The position numbers and the translations under genes were made by a program. Source: a virus (Duplodnaviria; Caudoviricetes). Taken from it: a stretch of DNA of 58,313 bases. Positions 36,716-45,878 of the stretch are shown here, piece after piece (position 1 is the stretch's first letter; each line of letters begins with the position of its first letter). Location of the stretch: IMG/VR virus record IMGVR_UViG_3300029893_000008, positions 1-58,313 of that record; one strand, given 5' to 3'. The notes beneath the pieces are model-generated. The model ran no database searches, had not been told where the DNA came from, and worked only from the letters and a program-made list of their open reading frames with translations.

Positions 36716-37390
36716 TTATCCTTTTCTATCTGTACAAATTTTTATATTCAAATTACTAGGATACAAATTTCTATGAAATCCAAAAGTTTTTATACCTATA
36801 TTTTCTGGTACAGGTGTTTCAAAAGAAAAGTTTTTTGCTATTTCTACTGGTGCATAATTTATTCCTTCCTTTAAAAATGTGCTTCTATGATAACAACAAA
36901 TGTTTCCATCTTCATTATAATAACCCATTTCTTCTTTTAATTCAAGTCCCAATTTTTTAGGTAATTGCATCAATTTTCTACTTCTTAAACTAAATCCGCC
37001 ATTCCCTACCCTAACTACTTCCCCGTTATCTGCAATATATGAACCTTCTCTAATTTCCCATAATGCACCAATATAATCGTAATTTAACCATTCATCTGTC
37101 CATAATTGAGGATTAATCACAAAACCATGATATTGTACCAATAGTGCATGGCTTGTATCAATATAATCCCCCAAATCAAAAAAACAAAATCTATTAAAAT
37201 CCATAATATCATTAATTGGATTTATTTTTACAATCTCAATTGGCTTGGGGGGAAGTACTTCTTTATCTGTTAAAAATAAAACTTTTTTAAATCTTAATTT
37301 ATCTGTTGATACAATTAAAGCATTAATAGTTTTTTCTATTTCAATAGAAGATATAGCCACAAGTGTAACATCATTTAATATTTTATCCAT
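36716..37390 (-). CDS. DUF5672-like putative glycosyltransferase
   Basis: DTSHALLVQ..GF.IN, YDYIGA.W, VGNGGFSLRS, NED, FSFE, FGFH. Confidence 0.8.
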   Translation of the reverse strand: MDKILNDVTLVAISSIEIEKTINALIVSTDKLRFKKVLFLTDKEVLPPKPIEIVKINPINDIMDFNRFCFFDLGDYIDTSHALLVQYHGFVINPQLWTDEWLNYDYIGALWEIREGSYIADNGEVVRVGNGGFSLRSRKLMQLPKKLGLELKEEMGYYNEDGNICCYHRSTFLKEGINYAPVEIAKNFSFETPVPENIGIKTFGFHRNLYPSNLNIKICTDRKG

Positions 37391-38108
37391 TACGATACTT
37401 CCTATATATATAATTTAAATCATTACCAATAATTTCTGCTGTCATTTGACTTGTACTGCTTTCTTCCCCATTAATATAATTTTTCATTGTTATTTCATTA
37501 GATAAATAAGGTTGACCATATCTTTCCACGAGTCTATGATACCATTCACAATCATAGTAGTATTTCAGATTATTATCAAATAGAGGAATTTTATACATAT
37601 TCCTAATTGTAACGCAAGATGGTGTACCAATTGTATTTACAATAACTATATCTTGATTATAAGATGGGTAGTGAAAATCTCTAAACTGTTCAACTTTATT
37701 ATCTAATATATGTGCGTAAGCAAAAGCATACCAAAAATAATTTTTATTATCTAATATAATTTTTTCAATTATATTTAAAGAATTATTATCAAATAATGTA
37801 TCATCTTGACAAAGTAATTTAATATATTCACCTTTTGCATTAAGTAATAAATTGTTAAAATTATTTCCAGCACCCTTATCATTTTCATTCTTTATATATC
37901 GAATATTAATTCTATCTTTCCAACTTTTATAAACCTTATAAATTATATCATCATCTGAATCATCACTAACTAGAATTTCGTAATATTTATCAGAATAATA
38001 CTGCTCATAAATGCTTCTAATTGCTCTTTCAAGATAAAAATGACCTTTTCCACGCATAGAATAAGCAGGGATACCTATTGTAAAAAATAAATTATATTTA
38101 CCAGTCAA
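37383..38108 (-). CDS. Glycosyltransferase family 2
   Basis: IGIPAY, EILVSDDS, N.N.....A.GEYIK.L.QDD, IG.PS, DCEW. Confidence 0.85.
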   Translation of the reverse strand: MTGKYNLFFTIGIPAYSMRGKGHFYLERAIRSIYEQYYSDKYYEILVSDDSDDDIIYKVYKSWKDRINIRYIKNENDKGAGNNFNNLLLNAKGEYIKLLCQDDTLFDNNSLNIIEKIILDNKNYFWYAFAYAHILDNKVEQFRDFHYPSYNQDIVIVNTIGTPSCVTIRNMYKIPLFDNNLKYYYDCEWYHRLVERYGQPYLSNEITMKNYINGEESSTSQMTAEIIGNDLNYIYRKYRNG

Positions 38109-38805
38109 TACTTAATTCCTTTCTTAACTTATCTAAATTCATTGTAATATTTGATGGCATACTTTCATGGATTAAAAAAAACTCTTCATAAGATTCTGGA
38201 TTTGTTCTTTTAGCCAATTCATACATGCTTTTTGTTCTTGTACCCACATTATAAACACCTTTTGCATTTTTTTTGACCAACCATATAATTAAAGTCGCTA
38301 TCTTATCAACATAATCAAAATTACCAACCATTTGAAAAACCTTTTTATAAGGAAAAGGCTTTTTCTTAAAAGAAGTCCTTATAATAAGATTTTTTTCAAA
38401 TAATTGACAATAGGCATCTGATAATAATTTTGTATAACTGTACCAGTTATTAGCATGGACGGGTACATCTGTTTCTTTTGCATTTATTTTAGAATTTGCG
38501 TACAAGTAATCCGTGCTAATTTGAACAAGTTTAATATTTTTAGAATTACACCAATTTGCCAGATGAATTACAAATACATAATTTGTATCCCAATGCAAAA
38601 TTTTTCCCTCTTCTGTCATATTATAGGTGCTTGTATATGCAATTGCATTTAAAATTACATCAGGATTTTCTTTTTCTAAAAATGGAATAAGTGTTTTAAA
38701 ATCTCTTGCTTCTATTCCATCTTTTTTTCTAGAAATATAATTCCATTTAGTTTGTCTTATAATTTCATTTCCCAATAAACCATCACCCAATACTAATATA
38801 TTCAT
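38098..38805 (-). CDS. RmlD-like NDP-4-keto-sugar reductase (SDR)
   Basis: GDGLLG nucleotide-binding motif, ISTDY, YSYTK (YxxxK), IIRTS. Confidence 0.8.
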   Translation of the reverse strand: MNILVLGDGLLGNEIIRQTKWNYISRKKDGIEARDFKTLIPFLEKENPDVILNAIAYTSTYNMTEEGKILHWDTNYVFVIHLANWCNSKNIKLVQISTDYLYANSKINAKETDVPVHANNWYSYTKLLSDAYCQLFEKNLIIRTSFKKKPFPYKKVFQMVGNFDYVDKIATLIIWLVKKNAKGVYNVGTRTKSMYELAKRTNPESYEEFFLIHESMPSNITMNLDKLRKELSIDW

Positions 38806-40078
38806 CTAGCACCTCACTAATATATTCAAAAGTATCATTATTATAATGCGGGGAAGCACCAATAAAAAATACAAGGTCTAATACTTTATTTGCTTCTGGA
38901 TAATCTAAATAATTCCCATATTCTCTATATGCAGGATGAAGTAATATATTTCCAGCAAAATAGTTTCGTGTTTGTATTTTTTTACTTTCCAAAAAAGAAA
39001 CAAGTTTTCTTTTTTCTGACGGACTTTCACAAATAAATGGTGTTCCAAACCATGATACAAAAGATTTACCTAATACTTTTGGACTTTTTATATTCTTTAT
39101 TTTTTCTGTAAATATTTTTGTAATTGTGTTCTTACTATTTATTCTTCTTGAATGAATCTCTTCACCTTTTTTTATTTGCTCTAACCCGATAGCACCCTGT
39201 AAATCTAATGGTTTTAAATTGTAACCAATATTTGTAAAATAATATTTATGGTCTATTGTTTCAGAATAATAAGGCTTTAAATAAGGATAAAATCTGTTTT
39301 GACAAGTTCCATTAGGAAGCAGATTTGCACTTCCAACACAATAACAGTCCCTACCCCACCATGCCATACTTCTAGCAATATCTATGATTTCTTTATTATT
39401 AGATGTAATAGCACCGCCCTCTGCCGTGCAGAAGTGGTGTGCTGGATAGAAAGAATAACTACTTGCAATAGATAGTTCTGGAAGAAATTTATTATCCCAT
39501 TTGCTACCCAATGAATCACAACAATCTGTTAATAATAAAAGATTATATTTTTTGCAAATTTCATCTAATTTATCGTAGTCTGGTGGATTTCCCAATACGG
39601 GTGAAACAAATATAATTTTTGTTTTATCTGTTATTTTTTCTTCTATTTTTTCAATATTAAAATTTAATGTATCAAATTCTATATCTATAAAAACTGGTTT
39701 GAGATTATTTAATATAACTGCTGAATAGGTTGTAGGAAAACCCACTGCTGACAAGATTACTTCTGAATTGTCTGCTATCTGATAATATTTTTTTACACTA
39801 GCAATCAATAATAAATTTGCACTGCTACCGCTATTAACCATAACAGCATATTTTTGATTATTGATTTTTGAAAATTCCCTTTCAAAAGCGTGAACTTTTT
39901 CCCCGCTCGAAATCCATTTGCCATTTAGTAAAGAATTAATAGCCGAAAGAATTTCCTTTTCATCCCAAAAGGGAGATGAGTATAAAACAGCATCTCCCTT
40001 TTTATAAGAATTTTTTATATAAGGTATATTTATATTTAAATTTTCTTTTATTATTTCTAGCAATTCTAAATTATTCAT
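38783..40078 (-). CDS. rfbH: PLP/PMP-dependent NDP-4-keto-6-deoxyhexose 3-dehydrase (RfbH/DdhC E1 type)
   Basis: VNSGSSANL, DCCDSLG, SFYPAHH (His in place of the aminotransferase Lys), WGRDCYC...C Fe-S ligands, DHKY...GYNLK. Confidence 0.85.
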   Translation of the reverse strand: MNNLELLEIIKENLNINIPYIKNSYKKGDAVLYSSPFWDEKEILSAINSLLNGKWISSGEKVHAFEREFSKINNQKYAVMVNSGSSANLLLIASVKKYYQIADNSEVILSAVGFPTTYSAVILNNLKPVFIDIEFDTLNFNIEKIEEKITDKTKIIFVSPVLGNPPDYDKLDEICKKYNLLLLTDCCDSLGSKWDNKFLPELSIASSYSFYPAHHFCTAEGGAITSNNKEIIDIARSMAWWGRDCYCVGSANLLPNGTCQNRFYPYLKPYYSETIDHKYYFTNIGYNLKPLDLQGAIGLEQIKKGEEIHSRRINSKNTITKIFTEKIKNIKSPKVLGKSFVSWFGTPFICESPSEKRKLVSFLESKKIQTRNYFAGNILLHPAYREYGNYLDYPEANKVLDLVFFIGASPHYNNDTFEYISEVLDEYISIG

Positions 40079-40241
40079 CTTTTTCTTTTTTTACCCGCTC
40101 TCTCTGCATATCTAGGTTATGTAAATCTTTTAACATTTCGTTGTGCTTTTCTGGATTGGGGGTAACTTCTAACATTGTTTCAATAATTCCAATAATGGCA
40201 TCTAATAAGTTTAATTTGTGTTCTTTTGTTTTTTTAGTCAT
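40071..40241 (-). CDS. 56-aa hypothetical protein (not in ORF track)
   Basis: MTKKTKEHK...KEKDE*, GAGG RBS, overlaps the rfbH start. Confidence 0.55.
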   Translation of the reverse strand: MTKKTKEHKLNLLDAIIGIIETMLEVTPNPEKHNEMLKDLHNLDMQRERVKKEKDE

Positions 40242-40275
40242 TTTGTCCTCTCTTATAGGAAATAAAATTGTTATT

Positions 40276-40578
40276 TTATTCTTCTTTTATGACAGGTATT
40301 TTTGAAATTTCTTTTTCTACTATCTTTATTTTAGTAATACCGTTTTCTGTTTTATATGTAACTTTCTCAATATTCGGGCAATAATAATCTTGAAGTATAA
40401 ATATTAATTTATCATTTTCTTTATCAAAAACTTGTATTGTTATGTAGTCTTGCCTTTGTTTTACTTTTACATCTATTTCTTTTATACCAGCAGTAACTAT
40501 TTCAAATGTATTATCTTCTATGAAATTTTCCTCAAAATATTTAGGAAAGTAGTATAAGAAACTTCTCATATATTTCAT
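40276..40578 (-). CDS. Divergent small heat-shock protein (Hsp20-like)
   Basis: 100 aa; AGI..IDV and ENGI.KI.I followed by an IPV tail resemble the alpha-crystallin domain; own consensus promoter. Confidence 0.45.
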   Translation of the reverse strand: MKYMRSFLYYFPKYFEENFIEDNTFEIVTAGIKEIDVKVKQRQDYITIQVFDKENDKLIFILQDYYCPNIEKVTYKTENGITKIKIVEKEISKIPVIKEE

Positions 40579-40612
40579 AAAACTCCTTTCCCCTATAAGA
40601 GAGGACTTTATT

Positions 40613-40641
40613 ATTATAACAATAAATTACTATTTTGTCAA
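40613..40641 (-). promoter_or_regulatory. Sigma70/sigmaA promoter upstream of the Hsp20-like gene and sugar cluster
   Basis: TTGACA-17 nt-TATAAT with extended TG. Confidence 0.75.
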
Positions 40642-40774
40642 GTATTAATTGTCATCCAACTTTGTAATTTTAATTTTAGTACCACGAAAGATAAAAATTA
40701 ACAATTCAATAAGGGACATAAATTTAAACATTTTAATCACTCCTTTTATTTTTTTTTATTTTCTCTGGGTTTTG

Positions 40775-40846
40775 TCCCCCCAGCAAGATTCGAACTTGCA
40801 CCTAAAGATTAGAAGTCTTTTGTTCTATCCCTTGAACTATGGGGGG
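40775..40846 (-). tRNA. tRNA-Arg(UCU)
   Basis: Acceptor CCCCCCA/TGGGGGG, D arm GTTC/GAAC, anticodon arm AAAGA-CTTCTAA-TCTTT, T arm GCAAG-TTCGAAT-CTTGC; no encoded CCA. Confidence 0.93.
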
Positions 40847-40854
40847 TTTATAGA

Positions 40855-41103
40855 TTACACAGAGAAATGTTTTTTATACTGTTCCCACAAAAACTTCCGA
40901 TGTTCTCTTGGTAGATTTTTAATTGCTCTACTAAAGGCAATCTTTCTACCAATTTTCTTTTGTGGATTATCAAAGTTTTTGTTACAAAAAGCATAGCCTT
41001 CTAAAATTTTATCTTTCCAATAAACTTTGCATTCTGTAATTAATGGAAAATTTTTCACATATCCATATCGAAACTTGATAAAAAGAGTAGGGTCATCGTA
41101 CAT
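40855..41103 (-). CDS. Conserved phage hypothetical protein
   Basis: G.A.C...D...K.IGRKIA..RA motif. Confidence 0.6.
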   Translation of the reverse strand: MYDDPTLFIKFRYGYVKNFPLITECKVYWKDKILEGYAFCNKNFDNPQKKIGRKIAFSRAIKNLPREHRKFLWEQYKKHFSV

Positions 41104-41122
41104 TTTAAAATTCCTTTCTTTG

Positions 41123-41323
41123 TTATTTGTTTTTGTTTGAATTATATTCTGCCGAAATAACTATTACTGTTAACAAATTAGCAAATCCCAAAAAATAAAT
41201 TAATATTTTTTCTATTAAACTTTTAAAATACAACTCCCCAAAAATAAAACTAAAAAATAATATAAATAGAGTAATTAGCCACTTATAAACTAAATCTACT
41301 TTATCAATTCTTTTTTCTTTCAT
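41123..41323 (-). CDS. Small two-TM membrane protein
   Basis: Two hydrophobic segments; own promoter at 41360-41387. Confidence 0.55.
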   Translation of the reverse strand: MKEKRIDKVDLVYKWLITLFILFFSFIFGELYFKSLIEKILIYFLGFANLLTVIVISAEYNSNKNK

Positions 41324-41399
41324 TACAACTCCTTTGGTTATGCATTTATTTCTATCTACATTATATCAAAGATTTATAAATTGTCAAGTACCAATTTTA

Positions 41400-41600
41400 C
41401 TATTCTCTTTTTGCGTGGAGATAATCAATAAATAATATAATCAACAAAAAGAAATTAGCAAAGGAAATAAACCACATTATATACCTCAATCCAATTTCAT
41501 AAATAAAAAATCCAGAAATAAGAGTCAATAAAAATATAAGGAAAACAATAATTCCGATAAAAATCAAATCTTTTTTACTTGCAGGTTCATACATTTCCAT
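41400..41600 (-). CDS. Small two-TM membrane protein (similar to 41123-41323)
   Basis: K.DL...TM...FAN shared with the neighbouring gene. Confidence 0.55.
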   Translation of the reverse strand: MEMYEPASKKDLIFIGIIVFLIFLLTLISGFFIYEIGLRYIMWFISFANFFLLIILFIDYLHAKRE

Positions 41601-41913
41601 TTTGATACTCCTTCATTTTTTCTATTAATAGTTTATTTAATTTCAAATTGTATTTTTTACATACACAAGTTATTTTATCACCTTTATATCCTCTAATACA
41701 AAGGTTTTTTATGTTAGCAATTTCAGAGAGAGGATTATCATAGTAATCATCTGGAAAAGATAAATAATTAAAATCTTTATATTTTTCATTAAAATCTGTT
41801 ATTTTTATAAAATATTCAATAAATTTACTTAAAATAAATTTTTCATTTCCAATTTCTAATAAATTCAATCCCTCATAATCTACATAAACAAGTGCTAAAA
41901 CAGTTCTTTTCAT
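41587..41913 (-). CDS. Hypothetical protein
   Basis: 108-aa ORF in operon. Confidence 0.5.
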   Translation of the reverse strand: MKRTVLALVYVDYEGLNLLEIGNEKFILSKFIEYFIKITDFNEKYKDFNYLSFPDDYYDNPLSEIANIKNLCIRGYKGDKITCVCKKYNLKLNKLLIEKMKEYQNGNV

Positions 41914-41919
41914 TTTTTA

Positions 41920-42306
41920 TTATTCCTGTTTTTTTATTAATTTATTAATTTCTTTTATAGTATGAAGTATATTTTTGATATAATATATATTGGGATTATC
42001 TACATAAGAAAAAATTTCATCTTCACTTATAGAAATACCATTCTTTTTTATTTTTTCGGGTAACTTATCAATAATTTCTTTTGGGTTTATTCCCCTAAAC
42101 TTTACTCGCATAAAAGTTTCTCCAAAGTCTGTTATCTTAATTTTACCATTTTCATCCAGCACATATAAATCCACATAATCATTATCAATATGTAATTTTT
42201 GTGTATGAATAATTAAAATATCGTTTTCAACACTAGAAGAATTTTCTTCTATGTAGTTTAAAATTTCTTTGTTGTCTATTTTGTTTAGCACTGTTAAATC
42301 CCCCAT
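41920..42306 (-). CDS. DUF1828-like protein
   Basis: D.D.VDLYV....IKITDFGET motif. Confidence 0.55.
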   Translation of the reverse strand: MGDLTVLNKIDNKEILNYIEENSSSVENDILIIHTQKLHIDNDYVDLYVLDENGKIKITDFGETFMRVKFRGINPKEIIDKLPEKIKKNGISISEDEIFSYVDNPNIYYIKNILHTIKEINKLIKKQE

Positions 42307-42884
42307 ATATTAAAAATTAATTCTTTTGATAAATCTATTTTTTCTCCGTTGTAAAAAATTTCTATTTTTGTGTTATGTATAAAATCGGTATAAGTAATAT
42401 TACCAAACTCTGTCTTAACATATCGGTATCCCATTCTTATATTACTTATAATAGAATCTAAAATAAAATTATACTTTTCTAAAACAGATTTTAAATCTCC
42501 AAGTTTTAAAACTATATTTTTATATACTAAAAAATACAAACTAACATTTCTTAAAAAACTATATTTCTCAAAAACTGTATTTATTTCAGAAATACATTCC
42601 TTCCTCATCGTATATAATTCATTATAAAAAATATCATTTGAATAAAATTTTTTGTCTATGTCCTTATACCAAGAAGCAGTAAAATTTTCCCATTTAAAAT
42701 TATATAATTGTTCAGGGTCATCTTCTCTATATGATACTACTGTAAAAACTTTACCCCTAAAAGCACTTCCTGTATCCTGAAAAGGACAACGATAATTATC
42801 TTTAATAAGATACCTCATAGTATTTTTTAGGGAGATTTGTATTTCTTTTAGAACATTATAAATATCTTCTTTTTCTGCTGTCAT
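42294..42884 (-). CDS. Hypothetical protein
   Basis: 196-aa ORF in operon. Confidence 0.55.
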   Translation of the reverse strand: MTAEKEDIYNVLKEIQISLKNTMRYLIKDNYRCPFQDTGSAFRGKVFTVVSYREDDPEQLYNFKWENFTASWYKDIDKKFYSNDIFYNELYTMRKECISEINTVFEKYSFLRNVSLYFLVYKNIVLKLGDLKSVLEKYNFILDSIISNIRMGYRYVKTEFGNITYTDFIHNTKIEIFYNGEKIDLSKELIFNIWGI

Positions 42885-42898
42885 AATAACACCTTTTA

Positions 42899-43138
42899 TT
42901 ATTCGGGGGATTCTATATATGACCAGTAGTCAGGTTCAAAAGAAATTTCAAAATCTTCTGAATCTGCTTCCCATACTGGAATTGTAACCAATTCATTATT
43001 TTTTTTGCAGGTAATTAATTTACTAATTCTTCCTGTAATATAATAAAAAGTATCATCTTCCAATTTTATTGCACATAAAACTATCTCATCAATAATTGGT
43101 AATTTTCGATTTTCACCTTTACATTTTACCCATTTCAT
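42899..43138 (-). CDS. DUF551-like protein
   Basis: MKWVKC....LP...VL...DYW..I..P pattern. Confidence 0.55.
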   Translation of the reverse strand: MKWVKCKGENRKLPIIDEIVLCAIKLEDDTFYYITGRISKLITCKKNNELVTIPVWEADSEDFEISFEPDYWSYIESPE

Positions 43139-43183
43139 TTTATTCTATCCTTTATAATATTATATCTAATATATCTTCAAAAG

Positions 43184-43489
43184 TTAATATGTATTTTTAT
43201 ATTTTTTTCTTTTAGATTTTTTCCACCACATTTTAGGTTTATGGGGTGGAATTGTATGAATATATAAATCTGCATCATCTGACATTTGTATAGATGACCA
43301 AACCCTTCTTTTACAAATAGGACAGGTCATTTTTATTCTCTTTATTAAAGAGGGTCTTATTCCAGCAAAAGCCTGTGTATAATTTAATAACCGTCCCATC
43401 TTATAATTTTTTTGATAATTTAATATATAGTTAAAAGGTATTTCCCTATATGTCTTATCTGTACCGTAACATAAATGCTCTTTTTTCAT
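43184..43489 (-). CDS. Hypothetical basic protein with CPIC motif
   Basis: 101-aa ORF with GAGG RBS. Confidence 0.55.
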   Translation of the reverse strand: MKKEHLCYGTDKTYREIPFNYILNYQKNYKMGRLLNYTQAFAGIRPSLIKRIKMTCPICKRRVWSSIQMSDDADLYIHTIPPHKPKMWWKKSKRKKYKNTY

Positions 43490-43492
43490 ATA

Positions 43493-43983
43493 TTATACCT
43501 CTTCTGGATTTACTCTAATAATTTTTACATCTCCCTTGTATCCTTTTTCCCATATATACCATCCGAATAACCATCCTAATTTTGTTTCTTTCCATTGTAT
43601 AGGTCTTGTAATAACATAAATTGTTTTAAATTTTCAGAAGTTCTTGTTTCAACTTCATTACCAATATTTTTTATATACCACAACAGGGCTAATTTATCTT
43701 TTACAATACTTAACAAGTGTTTTTTTACAGATTGTTGGTGAGTAAAAGGTGGATTAGTAATTATATTGTCATATTTTTCCTTTATGTCAAATAAATCTAT
43801 AACTTTTCCATAACCATAATTATATTTATCAGAAGAAAATACTTTCATGTGTTCTTTTTTCAATACTTCACTAATTGCACCATCACCACAGCAGGGTTCT
43901 AAAACACTTCCGAAAAAATTTTCTCTTTTAAGTAGTATTCTTGTAACATATTCTGGTGTTCTTACAAAATCATTTTTAACCAT
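43493..43983 (-). CDS. Small adenine-type DNA methyltransferase split by a -1 frameshift (pseudogene, sequencing error or programmed shift)
   Basis: TP, LEPCCGDGAI and ITNPPF in frame 0; family-typical C-terminus GWYIWEKGYKG in the -1 frame after T-TTA-AAA (43630-43624). Confidence 0.75.
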
Positions 43984-43984
43984 G

Positions 43985-44164
43985 CTATTTTCCTTTATTT
44001 ACTTTATATAATTCATCTTCACATAGATATTGAACAGAAACAAAAAAACCCAATAAAATATACAAAAATAATGGAATATTCAAATTAATGAAAACATCTA
44101 AAACAAAAATAAATAAAAATACAAAAATTAAATAAATTGATTTTAATTTTCTAATTAAATTCAT
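43985..44164 (-). CDS. 59-aa membrane protein (not in ORF track)
   Basis: ATG overlaps the upstream stop; two hydrophobic segments; ends just before the next ATG. Confidence 0.55.
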   Translation of the reverse strand: MNLIRKLKSIYLIFVFLFIFVLDVFINLNIPLFLYILLGFFVSVQYLCEDELYKVNKGK

Positions 44165-44721
44165 TCTACCCTACCTTTTGTATTTATATCTACAAAAATT
44201 TCCTGTTTATTTTCTGGTATTTTGAAATATCGTGTCAACCAATAACTATGAAAATAACTTGTTGTACCCTCTCTTCTGTTTGGTGTTATAAAATTTATTC
44301 TTTTCTTTGGGGTAATTCTTGCTATGCCATCCATTTCTAAAACATTAATCAACCATTGACTATAATCAGCCGATATTAGAAAGGCAAAAGGCACATTATA
44401 TTCTAATGCTTTATAGACAAATTCCTTTTTTAGTGAATAGGGTGGATTAGTAATAATTACGAAATCTTTAATTTCAAAATCAATAGTTTCTTTGAGAAAA
44501 TCTATCTTATTTATATAATGTGAAATATCAGATTCAAAAACCTTAAAGCCATAATCAACTAAAACCTTACTTATATGCCCTTCCCCAGAAGAACACTCCC
44601 AGATAAAGTTACAACTTGGAATATAGGGAATTAAAATCTCCGTTGCATAATAAGGTGTTTTAAAATTATCCCTCGCTGTATATTGTTTTGGTTGAGAAAG
44701 TCGTGGTTTTTTAGATTTCAT
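44161..44721 (-). CDS. Small adenine-type DNA methyltransferase
   Basis: TP.YA, IWECSSGEG, SDI, DFL, ITNPPYSLK, RINF. Confidence 0.8.
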   Translation of the reverse strand: MKSKKPRLSQPKQYTARDNFKTPYYATEILIPYIPSCNFIWECSSGEGHISKVLVDYGFKVFESDISHYINKIDFLKETIDFEIKDFVIITNPPYSLKKEFVYKALEYNVPFAFLISADYSQWLINVLEMDGIARITPKKRINFITPNRREGTTSYFHSYWLTRYFKIPENKQEIFVDINTKGRVE

Positions 44722-44734
44722 TATATTCCCTTTT

Positions 44735-45112
44735 TTAAAACTTTCCTTCTGTTAACTTGATTCTTTTGATAATTTTTTTAACAGCCTTTTCTAAACTATT
44801 TGAATCATGTATAAGATACTTTTCGCTAGTATCATATTTATAATAAGCATACAATTTATCAGTACTTCTATCTATATAAAATTTAATATTATTATAAGAG
44901 ATAGTCCCATTCTCAAATTCAAAATCCGATACATCTATTCCTAGTTTAAAAAATCTGTCAAGTAATTCTTTATATTCTTGCTTAAACTCTTCTTCTACTT
45001 TTTGACTCATTTGAAATATAAAATATTTTCCATCAATTAATTCAGCCACCTTTTTTATTCTCCTATTTTGTATTATTAATTTTTTCATCATAATTATCCA
45101 AACCAGATACAA
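44735..45112 (-). CDS. Hypothetical protein
   Basis: ORF in operon; the true start is probably an internal Met. Confidence 0.5.
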   Translation of the reverse strand: MYLVWIIMMKKLIIQNRRIKKVAELIDGKYFIFQMSQKVEEEFKQEYKELLDRFFKLGIDVSDFEFENGTISYNNIKFYIDRSTDKLYAYYKYDTSEKYLIHDSNSLEKAVKKIIKRIKLTEGKF

Positions 45113-45878
45113 TACCAGTCCCAGAACATCTAGGACATGGTAAATAAGTAAAATATTCTTCTATAACTTTCTTCTTTTCTTCCAAGAAAGAATTTACTTT
45201 TTCAGCCAAATCAAATATGTCATTTCCTTCTATGGTTGGAATTTTAATTTCTAAAGAAGCCTGATTTCTGTTGTTTGAATAAATAGTTATAACATTACTT
45301 CTCTCATTAACAAATAAATTTTTAATATTTTTTTTATATAATAAATAAATATAATTTTTAAAATCACTTAATATACTGGTAGGGATAAGCCTACATCTAT
45401 TATAATATTCTAAACCAGCAGGGATATTTTTGGGGGTAGCCAAAATCTCATAATCAAAAAATATGTTTTCTGGATAGGGTTTATATTCCCCAATAAAAAC
45501 AAAATCAATTTCTTCTTTTGACCTTATTTCTTCTGTTTCAATTTTCATATTATAACTTTGAACTATTAAATTATTTTCCTCACAAAATTTAATCAAATCT
45601 TCTTTTGATAAAAATTCTTTTGGAAAATATGGATAAGAATTTTCTTTTAATTTATAGGCAATATTCTTTAATATCTCTTTTATTTGATAAATTTCTTTGG
45701 GTAGATTTCTAGTAATGATTGGTCTTTTAAAGAAATAAGTAGAATTTATATAAAGAAAATATTCTTCATTGTTTTCATCTACAATAACAAAATTACCACT
45801 TTTTAATTCTGAAAACCAAGAATAATATTGTCCCTCAAAAAATATAGTATATAAAGTACTATTATTCATTTTTTTCAT
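45063..45878 (-). CDS. Hypothetical protein with C-terminal CPRCSGTG zinc-finger half-site
   Basis: 271-aa ORF. Confidence 0.55.
   Translation of the reverse strand: MKKMNNSTLYTIFFEGQYYSWFSELKSGNFVIVDENNEEYFLYINSTYFFKRPIITRNLPKEIYQIKEILKNIAYKLKENSYPYFPKEFLSKEDLIKFCEENNLIVQSYNMKIETEEIRSKEEIDFVFIGEYKPYPENIFFDYEILATPKNIPAGLEYYNRCRLIPTSILSDFKNYIYLLYKKNIKNLFVNERSNVITIYSNNRNQASLEIKIPTIEGNDIFDLAEKVNSFLEEKKKVIEEYFTYLPCPRCSGTGIVSGLDNYDEKINNTK

Noticed and set aside
40649-40996. Plus-strand 115-aa ORF and other opposite-strand ORFs in the track (e.g. 4322-4924, 9554-9904, 11479-11874, 22471-22737, 39976-40305)
   Set aside because: Shadows of real genes or of the tRNA on the other strand; no RBS or recognisable motifs.
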